A stretch of 31,935 nt of DNA from Nitrososphaerota archaeon (GTDB lineage Archaea; Thermoproteota; Nitrososphaeria; PSMU01): assembly GCA_040290255.1 (NCBI GenBank), contig PSMU01000006.1, forward strand, positions 27,699 through 59,633, given 5' to 3'. Positions 8,664-17,206 of this stretch are shown piece by piece. Each line of letters begins with the position of its first letter. The stretch's first letter is position 1. The notes below the pieces were generated by a model, which saw only the letters and a list, made by a program, of their open reading frames with translations, had not been told where the DNA came from and did no database searches. The position numbers were made by a program, and so were the translations under genes.

Positions 8664-9083
8664 ATGAACGGGAGGCGCGTGCAGGAGCCCACGCTGTACA
8701 TCTGGAAGGGCTGCAGGACCTGTGCGAAGGTGCTGCAGAGCATGGGCGACCTGCGCGCCTCGTTCAGGCTCGTGGAACTATCCAGCAGCAGGCTCAGCGA
8801 GCAGGAGCTGAGGGAGCTGCTCAGGGAGGCCCGACTCAGCCCCTCTCAGGCGCTGAGGAGGAAGCACACCCTGTATGCGCAGCTCGCCGGGAGGAGCGAA
8901 GAGGAGAAGCTCAGGGCCATGCTGCGCGACCATTCCCTCATAGAGAGGCCAATAATAAGGGCCCAGGGGAAGGCGGCGGTCGTAAAGGATGAGGCCCAGC
9001 TCAGGGCCTTCCTAGAGGCGGTGGGCTTGGCGCGCGGTGCGGGCAGGGCTGAGCGCCCTCAGCAGCGGGCAGGCCAGCTTTAG
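8664..9083 (+). CDS. ArsC/Spx-family thioredoxin-fold protein
   Basis: LYIWKGCRTCAKV (CxxC) and SLIERPII motifs. Confidence 0.85.
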   Translation: MNGRRVQEPTLYIWKGCRTCAKVLQSMGDLRASFRLVELSSSRLSEQELRELLREARLSPSQALRRKHTLYAQLAGRSEEEKLRAMLRDHSLIERPIIRAQGKAAVVKDEAQLRAFLEAVGLARGAGRAERPQQRAGQL

Positions 9084-9153
9084 GGCCAGCGTGACCCCGT
9101 ACAACGCCCTCAATACGCGCGCATGGAAATAAGCCTTGCCCTGCGCGATGAGG

Positions 9154-9227
9154 TGCCGGGGGCCGGATTTGAACCGGCGACAACCCGGTCTTCAGCCGGG
9201 CGCTCTCCCAGGCTGAGCTACCCCGGC
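9154..9227 (-). tRNA. tRNA-Phe(GAA)
   Basis: GCCGGGG/CCCCGGC acceptor, CCCGG-CT GAA GA-CCGGG anticodon arm, GGTTCAAATCC; 74 nt. Confidence 0.97.
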
Positions 9228-9269
9228 GGGGCCAGAGCCGCGCGCTCGCTATTAATGCTTTGCGCGAGG

Positions 9270-9362
9270 TGGGGCCGGAGGGATTCGAACCCTCGACCTT
9301 TCCCGTCAGGCGCCTGATCCCGGTTATCAGCCGGGCGCTCCGCCAAGCTGAGCTACGGCCCC
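9270..9362 (-). tRNA. tRNA-Ile(GAT) with 19-nt intron at position 43/44 (9300-9318)
   Basis: GGGGCCG/CGGCCCC acceptor, CCCGG-CT GAT AA-CCGGG; removing ATCAGGCGCCTGACGGGAA restores a standard AGGTC variable loop and a 74-nt tRNA. Confidence 0.93.
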
Positions 9363-9399
9363 TTGAAGCGGGTCAGCGGGAGCGTTAAAAGGTTATGGC

Positions 9400-10065
9400 C
9401 TAGGCCATCCTCAGGGCCTTAAGGCCCTCCCTGAACGTGATCTCATACCAGATGATGTAGGAGTCCTCGGGCGAATATGGCGCCTCATCGCTGAGCAGGG
9501 GGCAGATCAGGTAGTCGAAGCTGGCCCTAAGCGCCTCCACGGTGCGCTCATGGCCCGTGGGCGCGCCGATGCCCACCTCCTTTGCCCCCAGCAGTCTAGC
9601 CTCCTCGGCCGCCAGGCGCAGCGGCTCGGGGTTGGCCAGCGCCTCCTCCACCAGCAGCACGCTCAGGCCCCGCAGCTCGGGCCTCGGCTTGGTGGCGCCC
9701 AGCTCCTGCAGCCTCGCCAGCGCGTGTCCTGTGAGCCTTGCCAGCGCGCCTTCATCTAAGCCGAGCGAGGCCACCAGCTCCTGCTTGACGAAGCGCCTGC
9801 CCGTGGGGGTGAGGTAGCCCAGAGGGGGGCCCCTGGCCAAGTAGGACTCGATCTCCAGCACCAGGAAGTGGGAAAAGGGCAGGTTGAGGGCCCTCGCCAG
9901 GCCCAGGGCGACATGCAGGCCCCCGGGGCTCAGGCCGAGCAGCAGCTCGGGCCTTCTGCCGGAGAGCATCACATGGGCGGCGAGCCTCTCGCCCGCATCG
10001 ATCCTGTCCACGTAGACCCTCCTGGCGTTCCTGAGCGAGGCATCCGAGAAGAGCTGGCCGGGCAC
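9400..10065 (-). CDS. Phosphoribosyltransferase-like protein with degenerate PRPP-binding motif
   Basis: YVDRIDAGERLA, LLGLSPGGLHVA, VLLVEEALAN (expected VILVDDGLATG), AKEVGIGAPTG. Confidence 0.8.
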   Translation of the reverse strand: MPGQLFSDASLRNARRVYVDRIDAGERLAAHVMLSGRRPELLLGLSPGGLHVALGLARALNLPFSHFLVLEIESYLARGPPLGYLTPTGRRFVKQELVASLGLDEGALARLTGHALARLQELGATKPRPELRGLSVLLVEEALANPEPLRLAAEEARLLGAKEVGIGAPTGHERTVEALRASFDYLICPLLSDEAPYSPEDSYIIWYEITFREGLKALRMA

Positions 10066-10116
10066 GGGGGCTTCGGCCGAGCTCGCGATAAAAGCCTATT
10101 GCCTTCATCAGCAGGG

Positions 10117-10190
10117 TGGGCGGGCAGGGATTTGAACCCTGGACCTTCGCCGCGTCAAGGCGACGTCCTACCAGGCTAGACCACCCGCCC
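10117..10190 (-). tRNA. tRNA-Val(GAC)
   Basis: GGGCGGG/CCCGCCC acceptor, TCGCC-TT GAC GC-GGCGA anticodon arm; 74 nt. Confidence 0.97.
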
Positions 10191-10263
10191 ATGTGGTGGG
10201 CGCGGCGGCGAGATATTAGTCCTTTGGCTCAAACGTTAAGTAAGCGGGCCTGGGCGAGGCGCC

Positions 10264-11556
10264 GTGGCCCCCAGGTCCGAGCTGCCGGGCTTTTACAAGC
10301 TGGGCCCAGCCCAGCGCGCCGAGCTGCTGGCCAGGCTCGCGGGGCTCACGCAGGAGGAGCTGGAGCTGCTCACGCAGGGCCGCGTGGGCCTCGAGGTGTT
10401 GGATAAGATGATCGAGAACGTGGTGGGCATCCTGCCCATGCCCCTCGCCATCGCCACGAACTTCCTGGTCAACGGGCGCGAGTACCTTGTGCCCATGTGC
10501 ATCGAGGAGCCGAGCGTGGTGGCCGCCGCGAGCTTCGCGGCCAAGGTGGCCAGGAAAAGGGGGGGCTTCAGGGCGAGCGCGAGCGAGCCCGTGGTGAGGG
10601 GGCAGGTGGTGCTGAAGGATGTGCCGGATATCGAGCGGGCGCTGCGCGCGCTGGAGGGGGCAAAGCAGGAGGTGCTGGAGCTGGCCAACAGCACCTCGGC
10701 CACGCTGCCCAGGCTGGGAGGAGGGGCGAAGGACCTTCGGGCCAGGAGCGTGGCGGTAGGCGAAAGGCGGGTGCTCATCGCCGAGCTCTTCGTCGACTGC
10801 AGGGATGCCATGGGGGCCAACGCGGTCAACACGATGTGCGAGGCCGTGGCCCCGCTGCTCGCCCGGCTCACCTCCGGCAGGCCGGTGCTCAGGATCCTCT
10901 CGAACCTCACCACGGAGCGCATGGCCAGGGCCGAGGCGACCTTTGCCAAGGAGGAGGTGGGTGGGGAGGGCGTGGTGGAGGACATCATCCTGGCCAACGG
11001 CGTGGCCGAGGCGGACATCTACCGCTGCGCCACACATAACAAGGGCATCCTCAACGGCATCTGCGCGCTCGCCATGGCGCTGGGCCAGGATACCAGGGCC
11101 ATCGAGGCCGCGGCCCACGCCTACGCCAGCCTGGGGGGCAGGTATGCCCCGCTGACGAGGTGGTATAAGGATGAGGCGGGGGACCTGGTGGGCAGGCTGG
11201 AGCTGCCCCTGGCCCTGGGCACCGTCGGAGGGGTCATCAGGGCCCATCCCACGGTCTCCCTCGCGCTCAAGATACTGGGCGTGAAGGGGAGCAGGGAGCT
11301 GGCCGAAGTGGCCTGCGCCGTGGGCCTGGCCCAGAACTTCGCCGCGCTCAGGGCGCTCGTCAGCGAGGGCATCCAGGCGGGCCACATGAAGCTGCACGCC
11401 AGGAGCCTCGCCCTGGCCGCGGGCGCGAGGCCGCATGAGGTGGACGCCATAGCGGCCAAGATGGTGGAGGAGGGCAGGATCAGCCTGAGCAGGGCCAGGG
11501 AGCTGCTGGAGAGGCTGAGGCTCGGCGAGGCCAGCGGAGCGCAAAAAGGCTATTAA
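10264..11556 (+). CDS. mvaA: HMG-CoA reductase, class II (degradative/bacterial type)
   Basis: MIENVVG, EEPSVVAAAS, DAMGANAVN, RILSNL, ATHNKGILNG, GLAQNFAALRALVSEGIQAGHMKLH. Confidence 0.96.
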   Translation: MAPRSELPGFYKLGPAQRAELLARLAGLTQEELELLTQGRVGLEVLDKMIENVVGILPMPLAIATNFLVNGREYLVPMCIEEPSVVAAASFAAKVARKRGGFRASASEPVVRGQVVLKDVPDIERALRALEGAKQEVLELANSTSATLPRLGGGAKDLRARSVAVGERRVLIAELFVDCRDAMGANAVNTMCEAVAPLLARLTSGRPVLRILSNLTTERMARAEATFAKEEVGGEGVVEDIILANGVAEADIYRCATHNKGILNGICALAMALGQDTRAIEAAAHAYASLGGRYAPLTRWYKDEAGDLVGRLELPLALGTVGGVIRAHPTVSLALKILGVKGSRELAEVACAVGLAQNFAALRALVSEGIQAGHMKLHARSLALAAGARPHEVDAIAAKMVEEGRISLSRARELLERLRLGEASGAQKGY

Positions 11557-11579
11557 AGCCGTGGCCGCCCTCAGCCCTC

Positions 11580-11654
11580 GCGGCGGTCGTCTAGCCTGGT
11601 CCAGGACAGCAGCCTGCCGCGCTGCGAACCCGGGTTCAAATCCCGGCCGCCGCA
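11580..11654 (+). tRNA. tRNA-Gly(GCC)
   Basis: GCGGCGG/CCGCCGC acceptor, GCAGC-CT GCC GC-GCTGC anticodon arm; TATTAAAG at 11551-11558 upstream. Confidence 0.97.
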
Positions 11655-11688
11655 GGTTATGGGCCCTATAGCTTGGGCCAAGGGCGGG

Positions 11689-11703
11689 CCTTAACCTTTA
11701 TAG
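11689..11703 (+). promoter_or_regulatory. BRE-TATA promoter of the peroxiredoxin gene (leaderless)
   Basis: CCTTAACCTTTATAG in a GC-rich background, TATA about 23-30 nt before ATG 11726. Confidence 0.65.
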
Positions 11704-11725
11704 CGGGGGCGGGCCAGCGGGCTAC

Positions 11726-12223
11726 ATGCGCGAAGTGGGAAGCAGGGCGCCGGACTTCACGCTGTACGATACAAGCCTAAAGCAGAGGGCCCTGAAGGAG
11801 TTTCTTGAAAAGGGCCATAAGACGATCCTGGCCTTCTTCCCCGGGGCCTTCACCAGCGTCTGCACGACGGAGCTCTGCGCCTTCAGGGACCTGCTGGGCG
11901 AGCTGCAGAAGCTGAACGCCAGGCTGGTGGCCATCTCCGTCGACCCTCCCTTCTCCCAGAGGGCCTTCGCCGAAAAGTACGGCTTCACCTTCACCCTGCT
12001 CTCGGACTTCAAGAGGGAGGCGATAAGGAAGTATGATGTGGTCTGGAAAGACCTGGCCGGGCTCCAGGGCTATGAGAGCGCCAACAGGGCCGTCTTCATC
12101 CTCGACGGCGATGGCACGATCGTGTACAAGTGGGTCGCGCCCAACCCGGGCGTGCTGCCCGACTTCGAGGAGATAAAGAGGAGGCTCGCCTCCGACGGCA
12201 AAGGAGAGCGCGGCCTCGCCTGA
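11726..12223 (+). CDS. Peroxiredoxin (BCP/PrxQ-like)
   Basis: APDFTL, FFPGAFTSVCTTELC (PxxxTxxC plus second Cys), AISVD, LLSD, RAVFILD. Confidence 0.93.
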   Translation: MREVGSRAPDFTLYDTSLKQRALKEFLEKGHKTILAFFPGAFTSVCTTELCAFRDLLGELQKLNARLVAISVDPPFSQRAFAEKYGFTFTLLSDFKREAIRKYDVVWKDLAGLQGYESANRAVFILDGDGTIVYKWVAPNPGVLPDFEEIKRRLASDGKGERGLA

Positions 12224-12224
12224 G

Positions 12225-13706
12225 CTATGCCCCGCGCGCCAGCAGCCTCGCGAAGCACTTCAGCCTCCCGGGCAGCGCCTCCTGAAGGAGGGCCCCTTCC
12301 CTCGCATCAAGCAGGGCTCCCCCTCTCAAGGCCAGGGGCGCCAGCCCGAAGAAGGCCAGGGCCTCCAGCGGGGCCTTGAGCGCCAGGGGGGCGGGGACCA
12401 GCAGCTCCACCAGCGCTATCGCCAGGGCAGGAAGGAGCGCGCCGCGGAGAAGGGCGAGCGGCACGCGCAGCGTGAAGCCGAAGGAGGCCCTGGCGCGGCG
12501 GTAAAGGATGGCGAAGGAGGTTAACGCCATCAGCGCCCTGGCCAGCGCGGCGCCCAGGCCCGAGAGAGGCGGCACCAGCAGCACGAGCGCCGCCAGGTCA
12601 ACGGCCAGCGAAGCGAGGCCCGCGACGAAGATGGGCCTGGTTTCGCCCGAGGACTGCAGCGAGGTGGCGAAGAGCGAGGAGAGCGCCATGGGCAGCGCCG
12701 CAAGGGCCACGATGCTGAAGGCGAGCGCCCCCTGGGCATAGGCCTCGCCAAATGCTACGCGCAGGGCCGTTCCGGAGCCCGCGGCCAGGGCGAAGCTGAA
12801 CGGCATCACCACCAGCAGCGCGAGCTTGCCCGAGAGCCCCAGCATCCCTCCCACCGCCCTTGCCCCGCCCCCCGCATGCGAGAAGCTCATGGCGGGGAAG
12901 AGCGCCGAGGAGAGCGGCGCCCAGAGGATGGAGAGCGTGCCCGCGCTGGCCACCACAATATAGTACACGCCCAGCGCGCTCAGGTCGGCTGAAATGCCGT
13001 ACAACACCAGCAGGTCCAGCCAGCCCTGGCCCAGGCTGATGAGGTTAGTGCCATAGAGCGGAAGGCCGTAGGAGAGCAGAGCCCTGGGGGGTACCTCCCC
13101 CTCAGCGCCGCCGAGCCTGCCCCGGAGCGCCAGGAGCGAGTAGAGCAACGATGCGAGGGCCCCCAGCAGGAGGCCCAGGGCGACGCCCAACGTGCCCAGG
13201 CCCCAGGCGAGCAGGGCGCCTCCGCCGCGGCTGGCCACATAGAAGATGATGTTCTGAAGCGCTACGCCCCTGTAGAGCGTGAGCCCGAAGAGCGCGCCCC
13301 CCATCAGGCCGGTGTAGTTGAGCACCAGGCCCGCGCCCAGCGCGAGCAGCGAAGATGTGCCCAACGAGAGCAGGCGGGCCAGCAGCGCCGATGCGGCGAA
13401 GGAGGGCAGCGAGATGAGGGTCAGCAACCGCCAGGAGGCCCTGTAGGCCGCCGCGGCCCTTCCCGCATCGCCCTCGCCAAGATGGTGTGATATGAACCTG
13501 GTGGCCGCGCTGTTGAGGGCCACGGTGGTCAGGGCCCCGAAGGCGTTTATGATGAGGAAGAGCAGCGAGACCTCGCCCACCTGGCTTCGGGGCAGGATCC
13601 TCGCCAGCGCCAGGTAGAAGAAGAGGGAGCAGGCCAGCTGAACGCCGTTCATCAGCGCAAGATATGCGGTGCCCGCCGCCACCCTCCCCGCCAGCCAGGG
13701 CTGCAT
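12225..13706 (-). CDS. Oligosaccharide flippase / polysaccharide biosynthesis (MOP superfamily) membrane protein
   Basis: 493 aa, about 12-14 TM; LARIL..QVG, LLSYGLP, LGVYY, ALFPAMS, FGEAY, GLGAALA patterns. Confidence 0.88.
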   Translation of the reverse strand: MQPWLAGRVAAGTAYLALMNGVQLACSLFFYLALARILPRSQVGEVSLLFLIINAFGALTTVALNSAATRFISHHLGEGDAGRAAAAYRASWRLLTLISLPSFAASALLARLLSLGTSSLLALGAGLVLNYTGLMGGALFGLTLYRGVALQNIIFYVASRGGGALLAWGLGTLGVALGLLLGALASLLYSLLALRGRLGGAEGEVPPRALLSYGLPLYGTNLISLGQGWLDLLVLYGISADLSALGVYYIVVASAGTLSILWAPLSSALFPAMSFSHAGGGARAVGGMLGLSGKLALLVVMPFSFALAAGSGTALRVAFGEAYAQGALAFSIVALAALPMALSSLFATSLQSSGETRPIFVAGLASLAVDLAALVLLVPPLSGLGAALARALMALTSFAILYRRARASFGFTLRVPLALLRGALLPALAIALVELLVPAPLALKAPLEALAFFGLAPLALRGGALLDAREGALLQEALPGRLKCFARLLARGA

Positions 13707-13745
13707 CCCCAGCCCGTGGGGGCGCCGCCTTATTGGCCTAGCGAA

Positions 13746-15308
13746 TTAGGGGCGCGCGGCCGAGGTGCCCCTTAGGTCCTTGAGCGCCTGCTGGGCGCAG
13801 ACGTAGCCCGGCGCGCCCGTGACGCCGCCGCCGGGATGAAGCGCGGAGCCGCAGAGGTAGAGCGACCCGATGGGCGTCCTGTAGCCCGAGAGCTCGGGCA
13901 GGGGCCTCAGGGCCAGCATCTGGGAGGGGATGAGCTCGGCGTGGAAGATGTTGCCCCGCGGAAGGGAGAACTCCCTCTCCATGTCCAGGGGCGTGAGCAG
14001 CTCATACCTCTCAAGGAGGCCCCTGAGCCCCGGCGCGAACTCCTCCAGCGCGCCAAGCACGGCCTCGGCCGCCTCCTGCCTTGCCGCCTCCCATCCGCGC
14101 TTCAGGCTGTAGGGGAAGTACTGGGAGAAGATGGAGAGCGTATGGTAGCCGGGAGGGGCGAGCGAGGGGTCCAGCACGGTATGGAAAACCGCCCTTTCGA
14201 TGGGCCTGGAGGAGAACCCTCCCATGAGCGCCTCGAAGTAGGCCCTCTCATAGTACTCCCAGGAGGGGCCTATGCCGATGATGCCCTGCAGGCAGGCCGC
14301 GCTCGCGCCCTCGAGGTCCCTGAACCTGGGCAGGCCCCTGAGCAGACCGTTCAGCTTGGCCACGCAGCCCTCATCCTTTATGGACCTGAGCCTCCTGGCG
14401 AGCTCCGGGCTCAGGTGCTCCTCCCCCACCAGGCGGAGCAGCGTCGTCTTAGGGTCGGCATTGGAGAGGATGAGCCTGGCCTCGAGGCGCCTGCCGTCCT
14501 CAAGCTCCACGCCCATGGCCCTGCCCTGGCTGATGAGGATGCGCCTTACCGCGATGCCCGTCATGATGGACCCGCCCAGCTCCCTCAGCGCCGAGGCCAG
14601 GGCCAGGGCCAGGCTCCCCATGCCCCCCTTCACGTAGCCCCAGGCCCCCTGCTCGCCCGCCGCCTCCCCCATCACATGGTAGCCCAGGACGAAGGCCGTC
14701 CCCGGCGTGCTGGGGCCCGCCATGGTGCCTATAATGCCCCTGGCCATGAGGGCCGCCTTGACCTCCTCGGCCTCGAAGAACTCATCCAGCAGTTCCTTGG
14801 CGCTGTAGAAGAGCAGCCTCTTGGCCAGCTCCGAGGCGCTCGCCTCCTCGAGCAGCGCGGCCAGCTCCCTGAGCGAGGGCGGAGGGGCCAGCATCATGGC
14901 GCCGAAGAGCTGCCCCGCCTCCCTCCAGAACCTCCTGTAGTCCTCCCAGGCCCTCGCATCCCTGGCCGAGAACTTCGCTATCTCCTTCGCCGTCTTAGCC
15001 GGGTCGCTGTACAGCAGCAGGTGCCTCCCCTTGCCCAGCGGCACCGCGACGTCCACCTCGGGCGTCAGGATCGCGAGCCCGTGGCGCTCCAGCTCCAGCT
15101 CCTTCACGATCTCGGGCCGGAAGAGGCTGTAGGCATAGGCCAGCCGGTTTATCCTTACGCCCGGCCAGAGCTCCTCCGTGGTGCAGGCCCCTCCCAGCAC
15201 GGGGCGGCGCTCCACGACGAGCACGCGCAGGCCCGCCTTCGCGAGATAGCAGGCCGCCACCAGGCCATTATGCCCCCCGCCCATGACGATCGCACCGAAG
15301 GCCGCCAT
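13746..15308 (-). CDS. Phytoene-desaturase-family FAD-dependent oxidoreductase (PYROXD2-like)
   Basis: GGGHNGLVAACYLA, ERR..LGGAC, GGMG, DPSLAPPG, GNIFH, LYLCGSALHPGGGVTGAPG. Confidence 0.93.
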   Translation of the reverse strand: MAAFGAIVMGGGHNGLVAACYLAKAGLRVLVVERRPVLGGACTTEELWPGVRINRLAYAYSLFRPEIVKELELERHGLAILTPEVDVAVPLGKGRHLLLYSDPAKTAKEIAKFSARDARAWEDYRRFWREAGQLFGAMMLAPPPSLRELAALLEEASASELAKRLLFYSAKELLDEFFEAEEVKAALMARGIIGTMAGPSTPGTAFVLGYHVMGEAAGEQGAWGYVKGGMGSLALALASALRELGGSIMTGIAVRRILISQGRAMGVELEDGRRLEARLILSNADPKTTLLRLVGEEHLSPELARRLRSIKDEGCVAKLNGLLRGLPRFRDLEGASAACLQGIIGIGPSWEYYERAYFEALMGGFSSRPIERAVFHTVLDPSLAPPGYHTLSIFSQYFPYSLKRGWEAARQEAAEAVLGALEEFAPGLRGLLERYELLTPLDMEREFSLPRGNIFHAELIPSQMLALRPLPELSGYRTPIGSLYLCGSALHPGGGVTGAPGYVCAQQALKDLRGTSAARP

Positions 15309-15350
15309 GGGGGCCCAGGGCGGGGCCGGTTTAAAGCGCTGAAGCCGGGC

Positions 15351-15628
15351 TCAGGGCTCGTAGACGTAGGGCAGCGAGAGCGCCGAGGCCACCTCCCTCT
15401 TCAGGGCCCCCAGGTCCTCCCGGCCCAGCTGCCCGAGCTCATACTTGCCCAGGCTCGAGACGAGCAGCCGCACCTGCGCCCTTATCGCCTCGACGAAGTT
15501 TACGAGGCCCTCCTCGCCCCTCTCCAGCGCCCTCAGCGGGCGCTCCTTCCGTAGGCCGCCCTCCTCGCGACCTCCGTCCAGCCCCAGTCCTCCTCACGAG
15601 GCGGAATCCTCCTGTAGGGAGGGCGCAT
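15351..15628 (-). pseudogene. FMN-binding glutamate-synthase-family gene remnant (start and end fused out of frame)
   Basis: ATG 15628 MRPPYRRIPPREEDWGWTEVARRAAYG, then in another frame EEGLVNFVEAIRAQVRLLVSSLGKYELGQLGREDLGALKREVASALSLPY* (TGA 15351-15353); 278 nt, not a multiple of 3. Confidence 0.65.
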
Positions 15629-15630
15629 GG

Positions 15631-16623
15631 CTAGGGCGAGTAGAGGCCGGGCAGCTTAGGGTAGGGCCTGAAGCGCCAGATGGGCTCCTGGGGCCCGCCG
15701 CAGATGTAGCGCGTGAGCCTCTCGATGCCCAGCCCGAAGCCGGCGCTGGGCGGCACGCCGTGCCTAAGCATCTCCAGGTACCAGCCGTACTTCTGCGGGT
15801 CCTCGCCCTGGTTCCTGATCCTGGCCACCACCCGGGCATACTCGTGCTCCCGCTCCGCTCCTGAGGCGGCCTCGCCATAGCCCCCGGGATATAGCAGGTC
15901 GAAGTCCCTGAGCAGGCCGGGCCTCTCGGGGTCCTCCCTATCGTAAAAGCCCCTGGCCCCCTTCGGGTAGTCATAGATGAAGAAGGGCTCCTCGAAGGCG
16001 GCGGAGAGCAGCCTCTCCTCCTCCCAGGGGATCTCGATGCCGTGCTCTACAGCCCTGCCCAGCTCCCTGAGCAGCCCCAGGGCCTCGTCATAGCTAAGGC
16101 GCCTAAAGGGCAGGGAGGGCACCCTTATCCCCCTGCCCAGCCGCTCCAGCTCCTCCGCGCAGCGGTGGCGGACATGCTTCAGCACCTCCACGAGCAGCTC
16201 CTCGGCCAGGCGCATCGCATCGTGATAGCTCGCGCCGGCCACCTCCACATCGGCCTGCACGAACTCCACGAGGTGCCTGCCCGTGCCCAGCGTCTCGGGG
16301 GGCTCGAGCCTGACGTTGGGGCTCAGGAAGTACATCCTTCCCAGCGCCGAGGCCATCATCTGCTTGTAGAGGATGGCCGAGCTCATCACCCTGTACTCCC
16401 TGCCGTAGAAGTCCACCGCCGCCTGCTTCGCGCCCCTTATGCCGGGGTCGGTGACGGGGCCTATGATAGGAGGAAGGCACTCCACGAAGCCCCTCGCATT
16501 AAGGTGCTGCCTGATCGCCTCTAGGATGGCGGCCTGCACCCTGAGCACGCTCGCCATCCTCGGCTCCCTGACCATCAGCCAGGACCTGGCCACCTGCTCG
16601 CGCAGCCCCTCCAGCTCCTGCAT
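15631..16623 (-). CDS. asnA: Archaeal asparagine synthetase A (AspRS/AsnRS catalytic-domain paralog)
   Basis: 330 aa, no anticodon-binding domain; PVTDPG, SAILYKQ, SPNVRLE, RHLVEF, EAASGAERE, SAGFGLGIERLTRY. Confidence 0.93.
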   Translation of the reverse strand: MQELEGLREQVARSWLMVREPRMASVLRVQAAILEAIRQHLNARGFVECLPPIIGPVTDPGIRGAKQAAVDFYGREYRVMSSAILYKQMMASALGRMYFLSPNVRLEPPETLGTGRHLVEFVQADVEVAGASYHDAMRLAEELLVEVLKHVRHRCAEELERLGRGIRVPSLPFRRLSYDEALGLLRELGRAVEHGIEIPWEEERLLSAAFEEPFFIYDYPKGARGFYDREDPERPGLLRDFDLLYPGGYGEAASGAEREHEYARVVARIRNQGEDPQKYGWYLEMLRHGVPPSAGFGLGIERLTRYICGGPQEPIWRFRPYPKLPGLYSP

Positions 16624-16640
16624 GGCCGCGGGCCTCCGCG

Positions 16641-16724
16641 GGGCAAAATAGACCTTTTGCTCTAAATCTTGTCAATTTAACAACAAAAAGTTATATGCGA
16701 AGGCAATTTCCATCGTTTTGACAA
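16641..16724. promoter_or_regulatory. Divergent asnA/Lrp control region
   Basis: AT-rich spacer; GCAAAA-N6-TTTTGC at 16643-16660; TTGTCAA 16669-16675 and TTGACAA 16718-16724; CAAAAAG-TTATAT BRE/TATA at 16684-16696. Confidence 0.6.
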
Positions 16725-17161
16725 TGGATGAGCGGGACCAGAGGATCCTCGAGGAGCTGAGGAGGGATGCCTGGCGCCCGCTGAGCGCCATAGCGAGGCA
16801 GCTGGGCCTTCCCAGGGCGACGGTGAGGGAGAGGGTGGAGAGGATGAGGCGCGCGGGCATCATCAGGGGCATCTGCGCGCTCCCCGGCTACGAGGCCCTG
16901 GGCCTGGGCACCCTGGCCTTCGTGCTCGTCTCCTTCCTCCCCGGCACCACCTCCCAGAGGGCGCTGGCCCAGGAGATCGCAAAGCTGCCCTATGTGCAGG
17001 AGGTGCACATCATATCGGGCGAATACGACATCCTGCTCAAGGTCAGGGCCGCCTCCGTGGAGGACGTGGGGAGGCTCGTGGTGGATAGGCTTAGGGCCCT
17101 GCCGGGCGTGGGCAAGACGGTGACCTCGCTGAGCTTCTTCACGCTAAAGGAAGAACCCTAG
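16718..17161 (+). CDS. Lrp/AsnC-family transcriptional regulator
   Basis: MDERDQRILEELRRDAWRPLSAIARQLGL..ATVRERVERM, ISGEYDILLKV; ATG 16724 is the likelier start. Confidence 0.95.
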   Translation: MTMDERDQRILEELRRDAWRPLSAIARQLGLPRATVRERVERMRRAGIIRGICALPGYEALGLGTLAFVLVSFLPGTTSQRALAQEIAKLPYVQEVHIISGEYDILLKVRAASVEDVGRLVVDRLRALPGVGKTVTSLSFFTLKEEP

Positions 17162-17206
17162 GCCCTGCCGCGCCCCTTGCTTAAAAAGCCACAAACAAAA
17201 AATTGC

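Noticed and set aside
13836-15554. 572-aa plus-strand ORF and other long antisense or overlapping ORFs (e.g. 10216-11544, 17177-18160, 18834-19793, 20080-21339)
   Set aside because: Shadow frames of real genes in high-GC DNA where stop codons are scarce; no motifs.
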